Source: Camelus dromedarius
Lineage: Eukaryota
Direction: 5' to 3'
Assembly (NCBI RefSeq): GCF_036321535.1
Contig: NC_087436.1
Location: 65,412,001 to 65,476,000 of the forward strand
Length of the DNA stretch: 64,000 nt
In this document: piece after piece, positions 1 to 11,720 of the stretch
Layout of the letters: each line of letters starts with the position of its first letter
Numbering within the stretch: the first letter of the stretch is position 1
Made by a program: the position numbers and the translations under genes
The notes under the pieces: generated by a model
The model's database searches: none
Told to the model about the DNA's origin: nothing
The model's input: the letters and a program-made list of their open reading frames with translations, nothing else

Positions 1-800
1 CGGATCTTTGAACGCGAGAAGCCAACCCTCAGTGGAGGTGGTGCCCGCCACCAGTCCCCACCCTTCTCCGGATCTGTCCCTGGGAGCCAGCCCCCAGGCC
101 TTAGTCAAGAGGGCACAGCACTTCGGCTCCCAGTTCTCCCTCGAGGATCTCTACTATTACACGCCCCAGCCTCATGTGGCTGGAGACTGGCCGTAGCCCA
201 AGAACGAGGAGTTGCTCCGCATCGCCCCAGGCGTGTTGGTGTCGGACCCCTCTGCAGGCGGCGCCGCAGTGCTCAGCCCCTCTGCCGGGTTCCTGCCGCA
301 GCAGCCCTGGCGCGCGGACCCGCGGCCCGGCGACCGCCATGCAGAATGGGCCGCAAGCCCGCTATGGCGTGCCCGGACCCCGGGCGCCTGCTGTGCTGCT
401 GGGTGCGCCCACGCCGGAGGTTCTGGTTTCAGACTCCGTGGCGCGCCCCGCAGAAGCCTACCACGGGTGCCAGCAGGGCGGGAAGACTGAGGCCCCTGGT
501 CGACTGCCAGCCTCCGGCTCGGGTGTCCGCGTCTTGCCATCAGTTTTCTTCCCTCTCCAGCCTGGGGTTCCCATCCGAGAGATGGGTCCCAGCCCCCGCC
601 TCCAATTTCCTACTTTAAACCTAGGCCTACTGTTGCCAGGCTTTGGTTCGAAGCTGCCCTTCCTCAGTCCCGGCCTCCGCTTTCTCGCCATGTACCTGGG
701 GTTCCCCAGTGTGGCTCGCAACCCCAGATCCAAACTATGGCCGGGTGCCAAGTGGCCCAGTGGCTGGGACGCGGAGGCCGAGTTGCTGCGTACTCACACA
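1..800. promoter_or_regulatory. CpG island (open at the window's left edge)
   Basis: Visibly GC-rich with dense CpG (e.g. ggcgcgcggacccgcggcccggcgaccgcc at ~309-338), in sharp contrast to the CpG-depleted AT-rich remainder. Promoter function is inferred. Confidence 0.7.
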
Positions 801-850
801 GGGCCTGGACTCCAGGGATAAGGAGAGCCAGGATCTTCACGAGGTGCCTC
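561..850 (+). pseudogene. Putative first coding exon remnant (hydrophobic N-terminal anchor) of the SDR pseudogene
   Basis: Strong acceptor ttttcttccctctccag ends at 560. ATG at 582-584 is in good Kozak context (GAGATGG) and gives MGPSPRLQFPTLNLGLLLPGFGSKLPFLSPGLRFLAMYLGF, Leu-rich like microsomal RDH membrane anchors. Not in frame with the SDR core, so frameshift(s) are required. Assignment is inference. Confidence 0.45.
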
Positions 851-1040
851 ACCCTGGCCTGCCATAGCCATGAGTGTGGACAGCAAGCCCTGGCCGAGTT
901 ACAGGCAGCCTCAAAGAAGAACCACCTCCTGCTTCTTAAAGTGGACATGAGCTCGATGGCCTCCATCCAGAGCTTTGCTTAGTGGCTTCTGCGGTAGTAT
1001 CCAGAGATACATCTACTGGTTAACAATGCTGCAGTCTGTG
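851..1040 (+). pseudogene. SDR pseudo-exon (LAC...LLVNNAAVC) with two premature stops
   Basis: Translation as above. Donor TG|GTATGT at 1041. No acceptor or GIG motif at its 5' side. Confidence 0.85.
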
Positions 1041-1337
1041 GTATGTATCTTGACTTAACTTCCCCTAAATGCATTTCAAGAGCCTCCCTTCTAGCTCAGG
1101 GACCCCAAAACAGGCATCCCCCAAGCCTAACCTGTATACTCTGTGGAAACACTCTTAAATAGGACACTGTCCTAAAAAGCCTACCTTAAGTTGTAGCTTC
1201 AAACTTCACTGTTCCAATCTTGACACATACATGTTCCTGTGGCTTTTCTACTGAACCCCAATATATCTTCCCCAGACATCATCTCCCTCGGGGTTGTCAT
1301 TCCACCACCCACCACCTATGTTTTCATCTCCTCCCAG

Positions 1338-1427
1338 GATTGCCTACAACATGTACTCCAGAGGGCCTTGATGTCACCTTTGCCACCAACTACACTGGAC
1401 CCTTTCTGCTCACAAATCTGCTCCAAG
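1338..1427 (+). pseudogene. SDR pseudo-exon, 90 nt (GLPTTCTPEGLDVTFATNYTGPFLLTNLLQ)
   Basis: Acceptor ttttcatctcctcccag at 1321-1337, donor AAG|GTAAGG at 1428, phase 1/1, open frame. Confidence 0.88.
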
Positions 1428-1849
1428 GTAAGGAAGGATGGGTGCTTATTTTCTGTGCTGCCCCTGTGTCTTCATTCCTCTGGCATTTTCGTGGCTTACT
1501 GCCTCCCATGGTACCCAGATGCTTGCTGAACGATGACCCGGTACACTTTTGCTGGACACAGAAGGGGAACCCACTTGGCACCAGCCAGGATTAGGAGGCT
1601 GGTAATGGAATCAGTCAGCCCCAAATGCAACCAGCAAGAAGATGTAAGATCTGTACAGGCCGCCTCTCCTTCCCCCAAGTCTGAATACTAGCCAGACCAG
1701 TAGTCAGTCATCTCAACAAAAGCTTTTTGAGGTCACTAGGCTACTAGGATTAAGGACATTCTTCCTGGGGAGGTGCGGGTGAGTGGCAGGTACATTCTCC
1801 CTAACAATGTTTTCTAGATTATCTAATAACCTCTTAAAAAGCAAATTAG

Positions 1850-2190
1850 TTTTTAGCCAGGTAATACATGTCCAAAGTACAAAATAGAAAGTGTGAAAGT
1901 ATACAAAAGGATATACAGAAAAAGAATAAAAGGAAGAAAAGGAAAGAAAAAAAAAAGGTTCCTTCTCTCCTTGAAAAGCAGCTACCAATTCCCCTCCTCG
2001 GGGTGGGGGTGGAGGGAACTATTGTTGCCAGGGCCTCATGTACCCTTTAGTGGGAAATTAAATTAACCCCCACTGGAAAGTGAAGAAAGAGCAAGGTCAA
2101 ACTCTATGCATTTGCAAGTATAAATGTTTTTTTCCCCTTTTCAAAAAGTGTAATATGCTACAACACCCTCTCTGTACCTTGCTTAGTAAT
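1850..2190 (-). mobile_element. Old L1 (L1ME-like) 3' fragment
   Basis: Degenerate resemblance to antisense L1ME 3' UTR (aggtaatacatg...aaaaggatatacag; ctctgtaccttgctt). Confidence 0.35.
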
Positions 2191-2534
2191 AGTTTCTTAA
2201 ACTGTCTTCTCTCCTGTCTTCCCTTCTGCCACTAAATCACCGTTCATCATACCACTGTCTTGCTTCAGGTCTTCTGAAGGTACTCTATGCTTTATAGATA
2301 TAAAAACTAAGCTGCTTCTCTCCACTTTCAAGTCCCTCTGCAGACAGAACCTCACCGTTGCCTTTCCCAAACCTACACTCTTGTCACCAGCCAGCCAATC
2401 TGTATCTCTTGGACCACACTCTGTTTTTTAATTCTGGCTGCACTTTTGCACATCTGTTTTCCTTTATCTGGAATATTCATTTGTAAGATCTTATGTGTTT
2501 CAAGAAATGTACTTGATACAAATAAATATTTAAA

Positions 2535-2750
2535 AGACCAGGTTTAGTAGGCTTTTTTTTTTTTTGGTTGAATTCTGGTCCTGCCATTTATAGGCTTGAG
2601 ACTTTTTATATGTGAATCTCAAAATTTCAGTTTTGGTTTCTGGAAAATAAGAAAAATAATGCTTTTTAATCAAAAGAGTAATTTATAGATTAAATAAAGC
2701 ATAAAGTCCAGTGCAGGACACTTAGATAAGTATTATTATTTTTAAAGCAA
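2535..2750 (+). mobile_element. MIR SINE, degraded
   Basis: ttgaattctggtcctgccattta...ctcaaaatttcagttt...tggaaaataagaaaaataatgc...agattaaataaagc resembles the MIR core. Confidence 0.5.
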
Positions 2751-3107
2751 TTATAATTTTTATTCAGTTAAAAGAGCATGTATAGATGTGGAAAATGTCT
2801 TAGATGTGATGACAGAGGGAGAAAAGGGGAAATAAAATATCTTTCCAAATGTTCTAGCTACTTGTTCAGAGCATGATAAAAATAAAATTCGAGCACGCCA
2901 GAAATAAATTTTATCCTTGTCTCCTGCCTCATTTAATCTTCCATCTCTGATCATTACTCTTTTAAGGTCTCCTAAATGCCCTAGGTCAATACACTTCTTA
3001 AACAAATATTTATTATTGCTCACAAATTTATCGACCAGCTGATGGTTCTGACTGGGTAGACTCATGCATCTATAGTCAGCTGCAAGTTAGATGGACAATT
3101 ATATTGA

Positions 3108-3945
3108 TTTTTAAAAATATATTTTGTTTTTTTTCAGAGCAGTTTTAGGTTCACAGCAAAATCAAGTGGAAGATACAAATATTGCCCATATACCTCATTT
3201 CCCCACACATGCATAGCCTCCCACATTATTAATAAGCCCATCAGAGTGATACATTTATTACACTTAATGAACCTACACTGACAAATAATTGTCATGCAGT
3301 GTCCGTAGCTTACATTAGGGTTCACTCTTGGTGTTGTACACTCTACGGGTTTGGACAAATGTAGAATGACATGCATCTGCCATTATAGTATTACACAGAG
3401 CAGTTTCATTGCCCCCCAAAATCCTCTCTACACCACCTATTCATCCTTCTCTCTCCTCTAACCCTTGGCAACCACTGTCCATAGTTGTCTTTTCTAGAAT
3501 ATCAAATAATGTAAGTCATACAGCATTTAGTCCTTTCAGATTGGTTTTTCACTTATTGATATGCATTTAAGATTCCTCTATATCTTTTCATGACTTTTTA
3601 CTTAATCTAGATGTACCACCATTTATCCATTCACCCCCTGAAGAACATCATGGTTGCTTCCAAATTCCAAAATTTTGGAATTCCAAAACTTCCAAATTTT
3701 GACAATTATGAGTAAAGCTGCCATAAACATCCACATGCAGGATTCTGTGTGGACATACGTTTTTTACATTTGAGTAAATAACAATGAGCATGATTGTTAG
3801 ATCCTATATAAGAGTATGTTTAGTTTTGTGGAAAAAAAAAAAAACAACTGCCAAACTGCCAAACTGTCTTTCAAAGTGGCTGTGCTATTTTGCAATCCCA
3901 CCAGCAATGAATGAGAGTTCCTGCTGCTCCACTCCCTCACAATCC
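3108..3945 (-). mobile_element. L1MC1/L1MC2-like 3' end
   Basis: agagcagttttaggttcacagcaaaa, acattagggttcactcttggtgttgtaca and caaagtggctgtgctattttgcaatcccaccagcaatgaatgagagttcc are typical antisense L1MC 3' sequence. Confidence 0.85.
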
Positions 3946-4154
3946 AGGTACTTCTTTTAATTTTCCTGTCATTATTCTGTTTTATTCTGGTTAATTTTTA
4001 TAAGTGTTATAACAATTTTTTGTATGCTTGAAGCCCCTCTTGACATTTCTAGTCCCTGTGCCACCCTGTAGCTTTATCTGTTAACTGACAAATGTCATTG
4101 GGCCTCTAAATCCAAGAACTGCCATTAGCAAGTGGTCTCTATTCCTTAATGTAA

Positions 4155-4225
4155 TTTCACATCACATCACATGACATCATAGCATGATGTGACGTGACGG
4201 CACAAAACAACATAACACATAAAAC
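4155..4225. repeat. Degenerate pentanucleotide repeat (CACAT/GACAT/AACAT)n
   Basis: tcacatcacatcacatgacatcatagcatgatgtgacgtgacggcacaaaacaacataacacat. Confidence 0.5.
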
Positions 4226-4829
4226 TGTGCAATCTGCCCATCACCCTAATCTTACTCCTCACCAATACCTGCTTAGGAATTGTCTATTCCCATTTCTGAA
4301 AACACTTTTTATTGTTTCCTCCCTGTTTTGTTTTTTCTTACCACTATCACTACCCCACAACTCTATTTTCAATAAACCACAAGCTACTTGAGGGCAAGAA
4401 GTGAATCTGATGTTTACTATACTTACAACTTATATTTATTAAATATAAATAGATTTACTGAATAAGTGATCAGGATGTGTATTTATATAAGCATATTTGG
4501 AAAAAAATTGTCTCACACTTCAAAAAATTTTTTTTTAATGTTTTGATCATGTTCAATAAAATCAATTGCTTCTAAAAAATTCAGCTGAGTTTTTGGGGGA
4601 TGATATCAAACTGTACTGTAACACATTGTCTTTTAGATAACACTATATTCACTTTGGTAAAATTATATTCATAATTTTTCTTAATATTTTCAAAAGAAAA
4701 GAGAGAATGAACGTATATATATGTACTTATCATGTTAGTATCACAGTTATGCTGGTTATGTATGTGATTACAACTAACGAGTTTTGTGGGTTTGGTTGAA
4801 TTTTATCTGAAATTTATTTATTCAACACT

Positions 4830-5430
4830 GGAAGGATAGTCTCAGTTAATATAGACTTCTAGCTTTGTCTGTAAGAACTTAAAGAATAAAATTTCATTTT
4901 TTTCTGATGTCTATCATTTCTTTTGAGCAGTTTCCGAACAATCTCATTTAGCCTCTTTGAAGATAACATATTTCCATTTTATCGCATTGCTTTTCCTTTG
5001 TGTTTCATTTTTACTAGTTTTCTTGTCATACACCTGGAAGTGATTTTTCTCTCTATTTATATTTCATAGATTGCACTGAATCTGTGGCTTTTAAAAAAAA
5101 ATCGGGTGTATTATCTCCTAAAATTATTTCTCTTCCATTTCCTCTTCTGCTTTTCATGGATTCTAAACTCACATTACAGATATGTAAGGCCTTCTCAGTA
5201 TTTATATCTATTTTCCATCATTTTATGATTCTCCATATACATTAGCTTGGACATTTTCCATTGACCTATCTTCTGGTTCACTAATCCTCTCTACTTCCAT
5301 TTCCAATTTGCTATTACAACTCTTTTCATTTTTTGTAATTTTAAAATATACAATTAACACATTTTTTAGTTTCAGCATTCCATTTTATTCTTTTATAACT
5401 TCTTATTCTCAGAGGACATTTCCATTTTAG
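4830..5430 (-). mobile_element. Old L1 fragment (5'/ORF1 region, antisense)
   Basis: T-rich sequence such as ttccattgacctatcttctggttcactaatcctctct and ttttagtttcagcattccatttt, typical of antisense ancient L1M. Confidence 0.5.
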
Positions 5431-5434
5431 CATT

Positions 5435-5905
5435 TGTGATAGGCTGAATAATGGCTCCCCAAAGATGTTCATGTCCTACTCTCAGAATTTGTGAATATGT
5501 TATTTTACGTGGTAAAAGTGACTTTGTAGATGTGATTACATTAAGATTCTTGAGAAAGGGGGATTATCATGGATTATCTGGGTGGCCACAATAAAATCAC
5601 AAGAGTGTAAGAGGGAGGCAGGAGGCAAAGAGGAGAAGATGATGTGAGAACAGAAGCAGAGATTTGAGTGCTATGGACACAGACCATGGAATGCTAGCAG
5701 TCTTTAGAGGCTGAAAGAGGCAAGCAAATGATTCTCTCCTAAAGCTGCCAGAAGGAACCAGCCTGGCTGACACTTTCATTTTAGTCCCGTAAGACTCATT
5801 CCAGACTTCTGATCTCCAGAATTATAAGATAATAGCTTTGTGTTGCTGTAAACTCCTAAGTCTGGGGTGATTTGTCACAGCAGCACTAGGAAACCAAAAT
5901 ATACA
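5435..5905 (+). mobile_element. MaLR solo LTR, MLT1D-like
   Basis: TG...CA termini (tgtgataggctgaataatggctccccaaagatg ... gcagcactaggaaaccaaaatataca). 5-bp TSD remnant gcatt (5430-5434) / tcatt (5906-5910). Confidence 0.9.
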
Positions 5906-6477
5906 TCATTTTTCTTAAACATTTATTTATAAACATATTCATTACAAAGTTTGTACCTGATAACCACCATCACTGGGTCATCAATGAGTTAAGTTACATT
6001 ATCTGTGCTCCCCGGATTTTCCTTATTGATATGTCTGATAGTCTGTGTTTGAATGTTTAACATTGCATATGAAAAGTTATGACACAGATATGTTTTATCT
6101 TTCTCCACAGAAGGTTCACTTTATTTGCTGTTAGGTTGCCATAGTGGGTTAACTTCACTCTAATTTTCATTCACTTTCTGCTTATTTTTCTGCTTTTTTC
6201 CTTGCACAAGATTGAAGCTTAAAGATTCCGCAATGCATTGGACACAGTTCCCTGTGTCTCCCTTCAAACAGGGATTTTGGCCACACAAGTTTCTGATTTT
6301 CTTTTCTTTTTGTTAAACTCTATAAGATTCCCAAATGTTTTGCTGGCTTCTCTATTAGGCAAAACTCTCTGCCTGCTTTTTCAGTCGCTCACTCTGTGCT
6401 AAGACTCATTAATATTTTGAGGGCCCCATGTAACATGGTCTAGTTTAAGCTTTGTATACACTATACGTTAGAAACAT

Positions 6478-6565
6478 TGCTTTCACTTTACATATGTGAA
6501 TCCTAAGGCTGAGAGATGTTACACAACTTGCCTAAAACAGCACAGGTAGAATTGGAAGCAGCTAT
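6478..6565 (-). mobile_element. MIR fragment
   Basis: cactttacatatgtgaatcctaaggctgagagatgttacacaacttgcctaaaacagcacag resembles the antisense MIR core. Confidence 0.5.
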
Positions 6566-7699
6566 CTCTCTAACCTGCACATTCACTTCACTACGGAGGA
6601 ATACCTCCCAGATGTAATTTAAAATGAATGAGAAAATGTTAACAGAAATAGAAATAGGAACTAAATTTATGGAAGTGCTAATTAATTTTAACTTCTTCAA
6701 ACATTATCATATTTTGTTCTCTAGCTGAAAGAGGTAGGAGATAAAGTGTTTTTGAATTTTAAATATTTAGCCTATTATTAAAGTTAATGGGTATAAGCAG
6801 TAGCAGTAAACAATTTTTTGCAAGAAGACTTTTTAATATATAGATGACATAAATAGAAATGAATAGAATGCCATAATTAGAAGGGAACATAACTCAACCT
6901 ACAGCTCCTACAAAAATTTTTGTAATAGTGTCCATGGAAATTTTTATAATAGCACCCACTATAACTGGTCATCACTGAGTTTTTATACCATCTCCTGATA
7001 CTCCATTTTGGGACAAATTAATTTTTCTTATGTTGAGCAGTCAATAAATCTATGTTTGTTTCTATTGGTTGTTTTTCTGGTTATAGAGAAAAGATTTTGC
7101 AAATATACTGGGAAAGTGCATACACATGTGAGGAATATAAAAGCAAGCAAAGTGTATTAAAAGGTTAAGATAAACTCCAAAATAATAGGGTGATAATTTT
7201 AACCAGAATAAATAAGGGAGAATCAGTGGGGGAGGTGATAATGCTATGCTGTCACAGTTAAGATTGTAATGCAGGGAGCAAACAAATAGTTCTATGCTGG
7301 GATTTCATAGAGAACAACAACAAAGCAGGTCTTCGTGAAATAGTACAAGAATAGTTGGTTGCTTTGCTTTGTATCTTAATATCTTTTCAAACTTTTTTTC
7401 TATAAAATGTATTAAAGTGCTAACAAGGATACTAATATGAACACATTAAGAGATTATAATAACTCTAGTAACATATCAGATATTGACATTGTTTTAGACC
7501 TAACAATACTCTTAACTTGGATTTTGAAGAGTGTAGGGATAGGAATTTAAACTTAATAAGGCTTTGTAAAATCAATACTTATTAAAACTAATGGGTTTTT
7601 TTTTTTCCATTTTTCTTATTGTTTGCAAAAAACAAATAACCAAACCAAACAAAAACTTTGGTATTTTAAAGCCCCTGGACATTTAAAATCTTCACCTTG

Positions 7700-7960
7700 C
7701 CTGGCTTCTTGTTATTTGACATGGCTAGTAACTGTTCTCAGAAAACTCTTTTCCCAGTCTCCCAAGCACCACTCGCTTCTAGTATTTCTCTGACATCTCA
7801 CAACACTTACTCTATTCTGCTTTTCCTTTTCTACTCTACTGCTTCTACCTCATTCTTAAAGTTCTGTATCCCTTAGAGTTATAGTCTAGATTCTCTTCAC
7901 TCATTCCACAATGTCTCTATGGTAAATATCATCTACTCTTAGATGTTTAAATATTTATTT
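7700..7960 (+). mobile_element. L2 fragment
   Basis: Pyrimidine-rich gaaaactcttttcccagtctcccaagcaccactcgcttctagtatttctc, resembling the L2 ORF2 3' region. Confidence 0.4.
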
Positions 7961-10900
7961 TATGTGTCATTATCCTCATGTAATGATTTAGAGAGCCAGG
8001 GCCTGGAATTAGCTACATTTGGGTACAAATGACTGAATTACCAAGTATGTGAGTTAAGTTATTTAATATCCTAAGTTTAAAAAAAAGGTGTTGTTATGGT
8101 GAGAGAAGACCTCATCTTCTTCCTTCAGAAGAGTAACTAATAATCTGCATTTCATCAATTGTAAGACAATAACTAGATCCTGAGTATATGTAAGTGTGAT
8201 CTTATCACATGGGTGAGAATTTACTATTCATATCATTTGACCATTATTTTGTGTTAACTTTTTCATCTTTTTCTTTTCAACATATAAAGACACTTTATTA
8301 TCTACGTTATGAATATGTTTTGCATTGCCATACATTAATTATTACTATTTATGTAAACTAGTCATTCATTTTGTCACTTGGTTTCTTTTCCAGTTATTAT
8401 TGTTCTTTGCCTACTTATTGCAGTTTAATTTTATTTAAATTTAGTATGTAGTTGATGTATGTAGTTTAATTTTAATTAAAGTTGTGATGGTCTTGCAGTA
8501 GTGGAAATCTAAACCCTCCTACATGATCCTCAGAAAAAAGCAGATTGTATTGCCCTGTGAATGTACACAAAGGAATATCCTCTCTTTTTTCCATGTGTTC
8601 ACCAACAATTACATAGAGAGAGAGGATTCAGCTTACCTATTCAACTATTTTTGTGGGTTAGTGAAACTACTTAATGTTATTGTTAAATAGTGTTAGAATT
8701 TCAATTGAGGATAGACAAGAGGCAATGCTCTCTAATCTATTTCTTCAGACACCTTCTCAAAACACTGGGGGAGAAAGTAAAATACCAGCTTTTTTTTCCC
8801 TTAGAACTCAAGACTTCATTTGCCTATGAGCTCAGATTATCATTTGACTCAGAACAGACAGATTTTATTATGTTTTTAGCGTACAGGAAAGGAGACAATT
8901 TCCGGTAATAGTGTTCAAAGAATCCCTTCCTTACTCTGTGTCTCTGTGTTTAAAGCTATTTTGTTCTTGTTGCTAAGGGAAAATAATGCTCCAGGACTGA
9001 TTATGGTTAATTAACACTCTCATGAAATAGTTCTAGTCTATTATTCTACTGCTATTACTATATAACAGAAACACATTTATGAAATGCTGCCTAAGGCTAC
9101 TAATCAATTTTATATAAATTTACATAGTTCTTGAAATTTTATATAAGGAAATGCTTTATTTATCCAAGGTCACACAATGAATTGATACTTCTTCGTCATG
9201 TTTGTGTAAGTATTACCTACGATGAACAAGAATTTAGGTTGTTGCCGTTCCTTTCAGTGACGAAAATACCATTTTGTAAACAGAATACAATTCGCTACAT
9301 CATTAGTGCCTCCAAAACTGAATTACTCAGTTTCAAAGAATTCAGTATGTGAAGAAAAATGACTGAGGCCACCCAAAACCCCTGAATTCTCTATTTACCA
9401 TATTTCTGAATTTGTATGCATTGAAATTACCATTCTAGATATGGTAGGGAAGGGATGAGGGAAATTAATCACTTTTATTAATATTATATTTTAAAAACTG
9501 CACTTTCCCTCATTTTTAGGACTAACATATCATATCTGACACATTTATTTTTGTCCTTCACAGTGAGTTACATTTCATCCCTTGGATTATTGGCACAAGG
9601 AAAAGGAGAGTCTTGGTGAGGGCCTTTAATAGTTTCATATATCACTTTTTTGCTGTGACTCAGCATCTCCATTACTAAGTTCAGTTTCGGCTGTTCAGAA
9701 TTATTCATTCATTTGCAGCACAGAACAGAGGTTAACATTTACTCTGCTTTGACTAGAGAAGACTGCCTGAAAAGTTCATTCCTCTCACAAATCAGCATAG
9801 AATATTTCCTAAAACATTTTAAATGTGATAAATACCTTTCACAATATAAATATACTTAAATATAGTAACACAATTGCTATCTTGGCCAAGTCACAATCAC
9901 CTCTGACTTTGTTTCTGTATCGGGCTACATGTATTACACACTATACATACACACTGATTAGACTATAGATACCTTAGAGAAAACTTTCTTTTGAAAAATG
10001 TTGCATATCTGTGTACCCCAAAGTTAGTGTAAAAAGCAGAATTTGACTTTTACCAGCTAATATCGATTTTAAGACTGCTTAGCAAAGAGAGAAAGAACGA
10101 CTTCCATTTTCTGTTTTGCTCCGTCTGGTGAACAGCATCTGTGGTGCTGCTGTCATTGATGCTGCAAGAGCTGAACTAGATTTTCCAACTCTTATTAAAA
10201 AAAAAAAGAGATACCATTGTTTTGACTTTCACAGCAGTTGTCAGGGGAAAACACTTTATATTCTTTGTATGTTTCTGAGTGTGGAAACAAAATATTTTAT
10301 CAGTTCTAATAATTTTTCCCATTATAATTTCAAATTTTGAATCTATGATATAATAGGTCAAACATTAGTTACCAAATGGGCAGAATCTGCAGGCAAGTAG
10401 GAAATAGAAACTTACATTTATGATGATTTTTAAATTCTGCCTCCAGCATAACTATATACCAGCACTGTTTTGAAGACTTAGGACATTCAGCTTTTATAAG
10501 TCTATATTATTTGATCCATAAGCAAGAATATTTTATAACAGTTAAAAAATTGCATTAGTAAAAATAAGCTATGTGGTTTTATTATTATTGTTATTATTAT
10601 TTTTATTTTTGAGTAAATGACTTTCCCATTTATCTTTTTATTCATGACTATGGTTGCTGAAAACACATCTAGGTTTAACATGAAAACATCAAATCTTTTT
10701 GATAATGCATGAATTTGTTAGTTAAGGTGGTATAAGCAGTGACCACTTCTGTGCGAAATCTAAATATGTATCACACAAAGTTAAATAAAAACTCTTTTAG
10801 AGATGCTTTTTTATTAAATAGCATTAACTTGTTGGAATTACCAAGTTATTTATCTTATAGATTTACTCAAATCTGGTCAGGAAAATTGCTTTTTTGTGGT

Positions 10901-11099
10901 GTTATTTACTTAGTTTCTCTATTTACCATATTTCCTGTAAAACAGCAATCATAACTAGAGGTTTGATTAGAGTTATAGTCAACTTTTGAAGATGAGAATA
11001 ATACTGATTATTAGTACTTTCTGCTTTATTAAACTATGAAGCACACAATTTCAGATGTTGCATATTTATTAATGTAGACTTTGATCAGTAGATAGAGTG

Positions 11100-11720
11100 C
11101 TGACAGCCTGATCGCTCCACTATAAAATTCCTCACATTTTCTCCTAATCCTTTAATATCTTACTGATTTTTGTTTAGAGTCATTGTTCCATTATAAGCTG
11201 CAAAATGGAATATTCTAATTCTATTTTTAATGCTGAATGTATTAGGTAAATTCTTCTATAAAGAAAAATTTCCCTTTTTAACCAGCTGGTTATGCTAAAA
11301 TAAAAAGGCAGATGATTGACTTTATTCCTATATTGTCAGTTTTTACAGTAACACAATGCTGTCCTAACAAACTCAAATATCATATCTATTAATATTGTTA
11401 TGAATTCATGCATTTTTTAAAAAATAAATTGTAGTCTTTCTGGCTCATATTGTCTCAAGTTGGGCCAGGGGCAGAGACTTGAGTGGTCTATGCTGTTCTC
11501 TGGACAAAGTACTTTTAAAATTTGATAGTTTTCTTGCTTTCTAGCCCAAGAGGATGCCTGTCCAGAACATTTCCTTTCCAGCTCTGAATCAGCCCATTTC
11601 TTAAAAGATTCTTGGTTATTTCCAATTGGAAGTGATGTTTACAGGATGTGGTCTAGGATCTAGGAATGAAAACTGCTGCTTAAGAATTAATTTTTCTTGA
11701 CTTTTCAATGAAAAGACCAA
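11100..11720 (-). mobile_element. Old L1 3' UTR (L1MC4/L1ME-like)
   Basis: gctgcaaaatggaatattctaattct, ttcttctataaagaaaaatttccc and gaatcagcccatttcttaaaagattcttggtt. Confidence 0.45.

Larger units (their letters stand above)
561..1427 (+). pseudogene. Unprocessed SDR-family pseudogene (retinol dehydrogenase 11/12- or DHRS13-like), partial
   Basis: Spliced translation of 851-1040 + 1338-1427 gives TLACHSHECGQQALAELQAASKKNHLLLLKVDMSSMASIQSFA*WLLR*YPEIHLLVNNAAVC-G-LPTTCTPEGLDVTFATNYTGPFLLTNLLQ. This matches RDH11/12-type SDR hallmarks (LAC-R, D-LSS, LLVNNA, F..N..G.FLLTNLL). In-frame TAG stops at 980-982 and 995-997. GT-AG intron 1041-1337 is phase 1 and keeps the frame. Confidence 0.88.

Noticed and set aside
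1..966. Many overlapping 60-215 aa ORFs on both strands as real genes
   Set aside because: Expected in GC-rich sequence with few stop codons. They are Pro/Arg/Ala/Gly-rich with no recognisable domain, apart from the SDR portion of 737-982.
561..1427. Functional SDR gene, stop-codon readthrough or processed retrocopy
   Set aside because: Two TAG stops, a missing cofactor motif and missing catalytic exons argue against function or recoding. The retained GT-AG intron (1041-1337) excludes a fully processed retrocopy.
1220..1594. 124-aa ORF as a standalone CDS
   Set aside because: Only 1338-1427 is SDR-like; the rest is intron read-through across clear splice sites.
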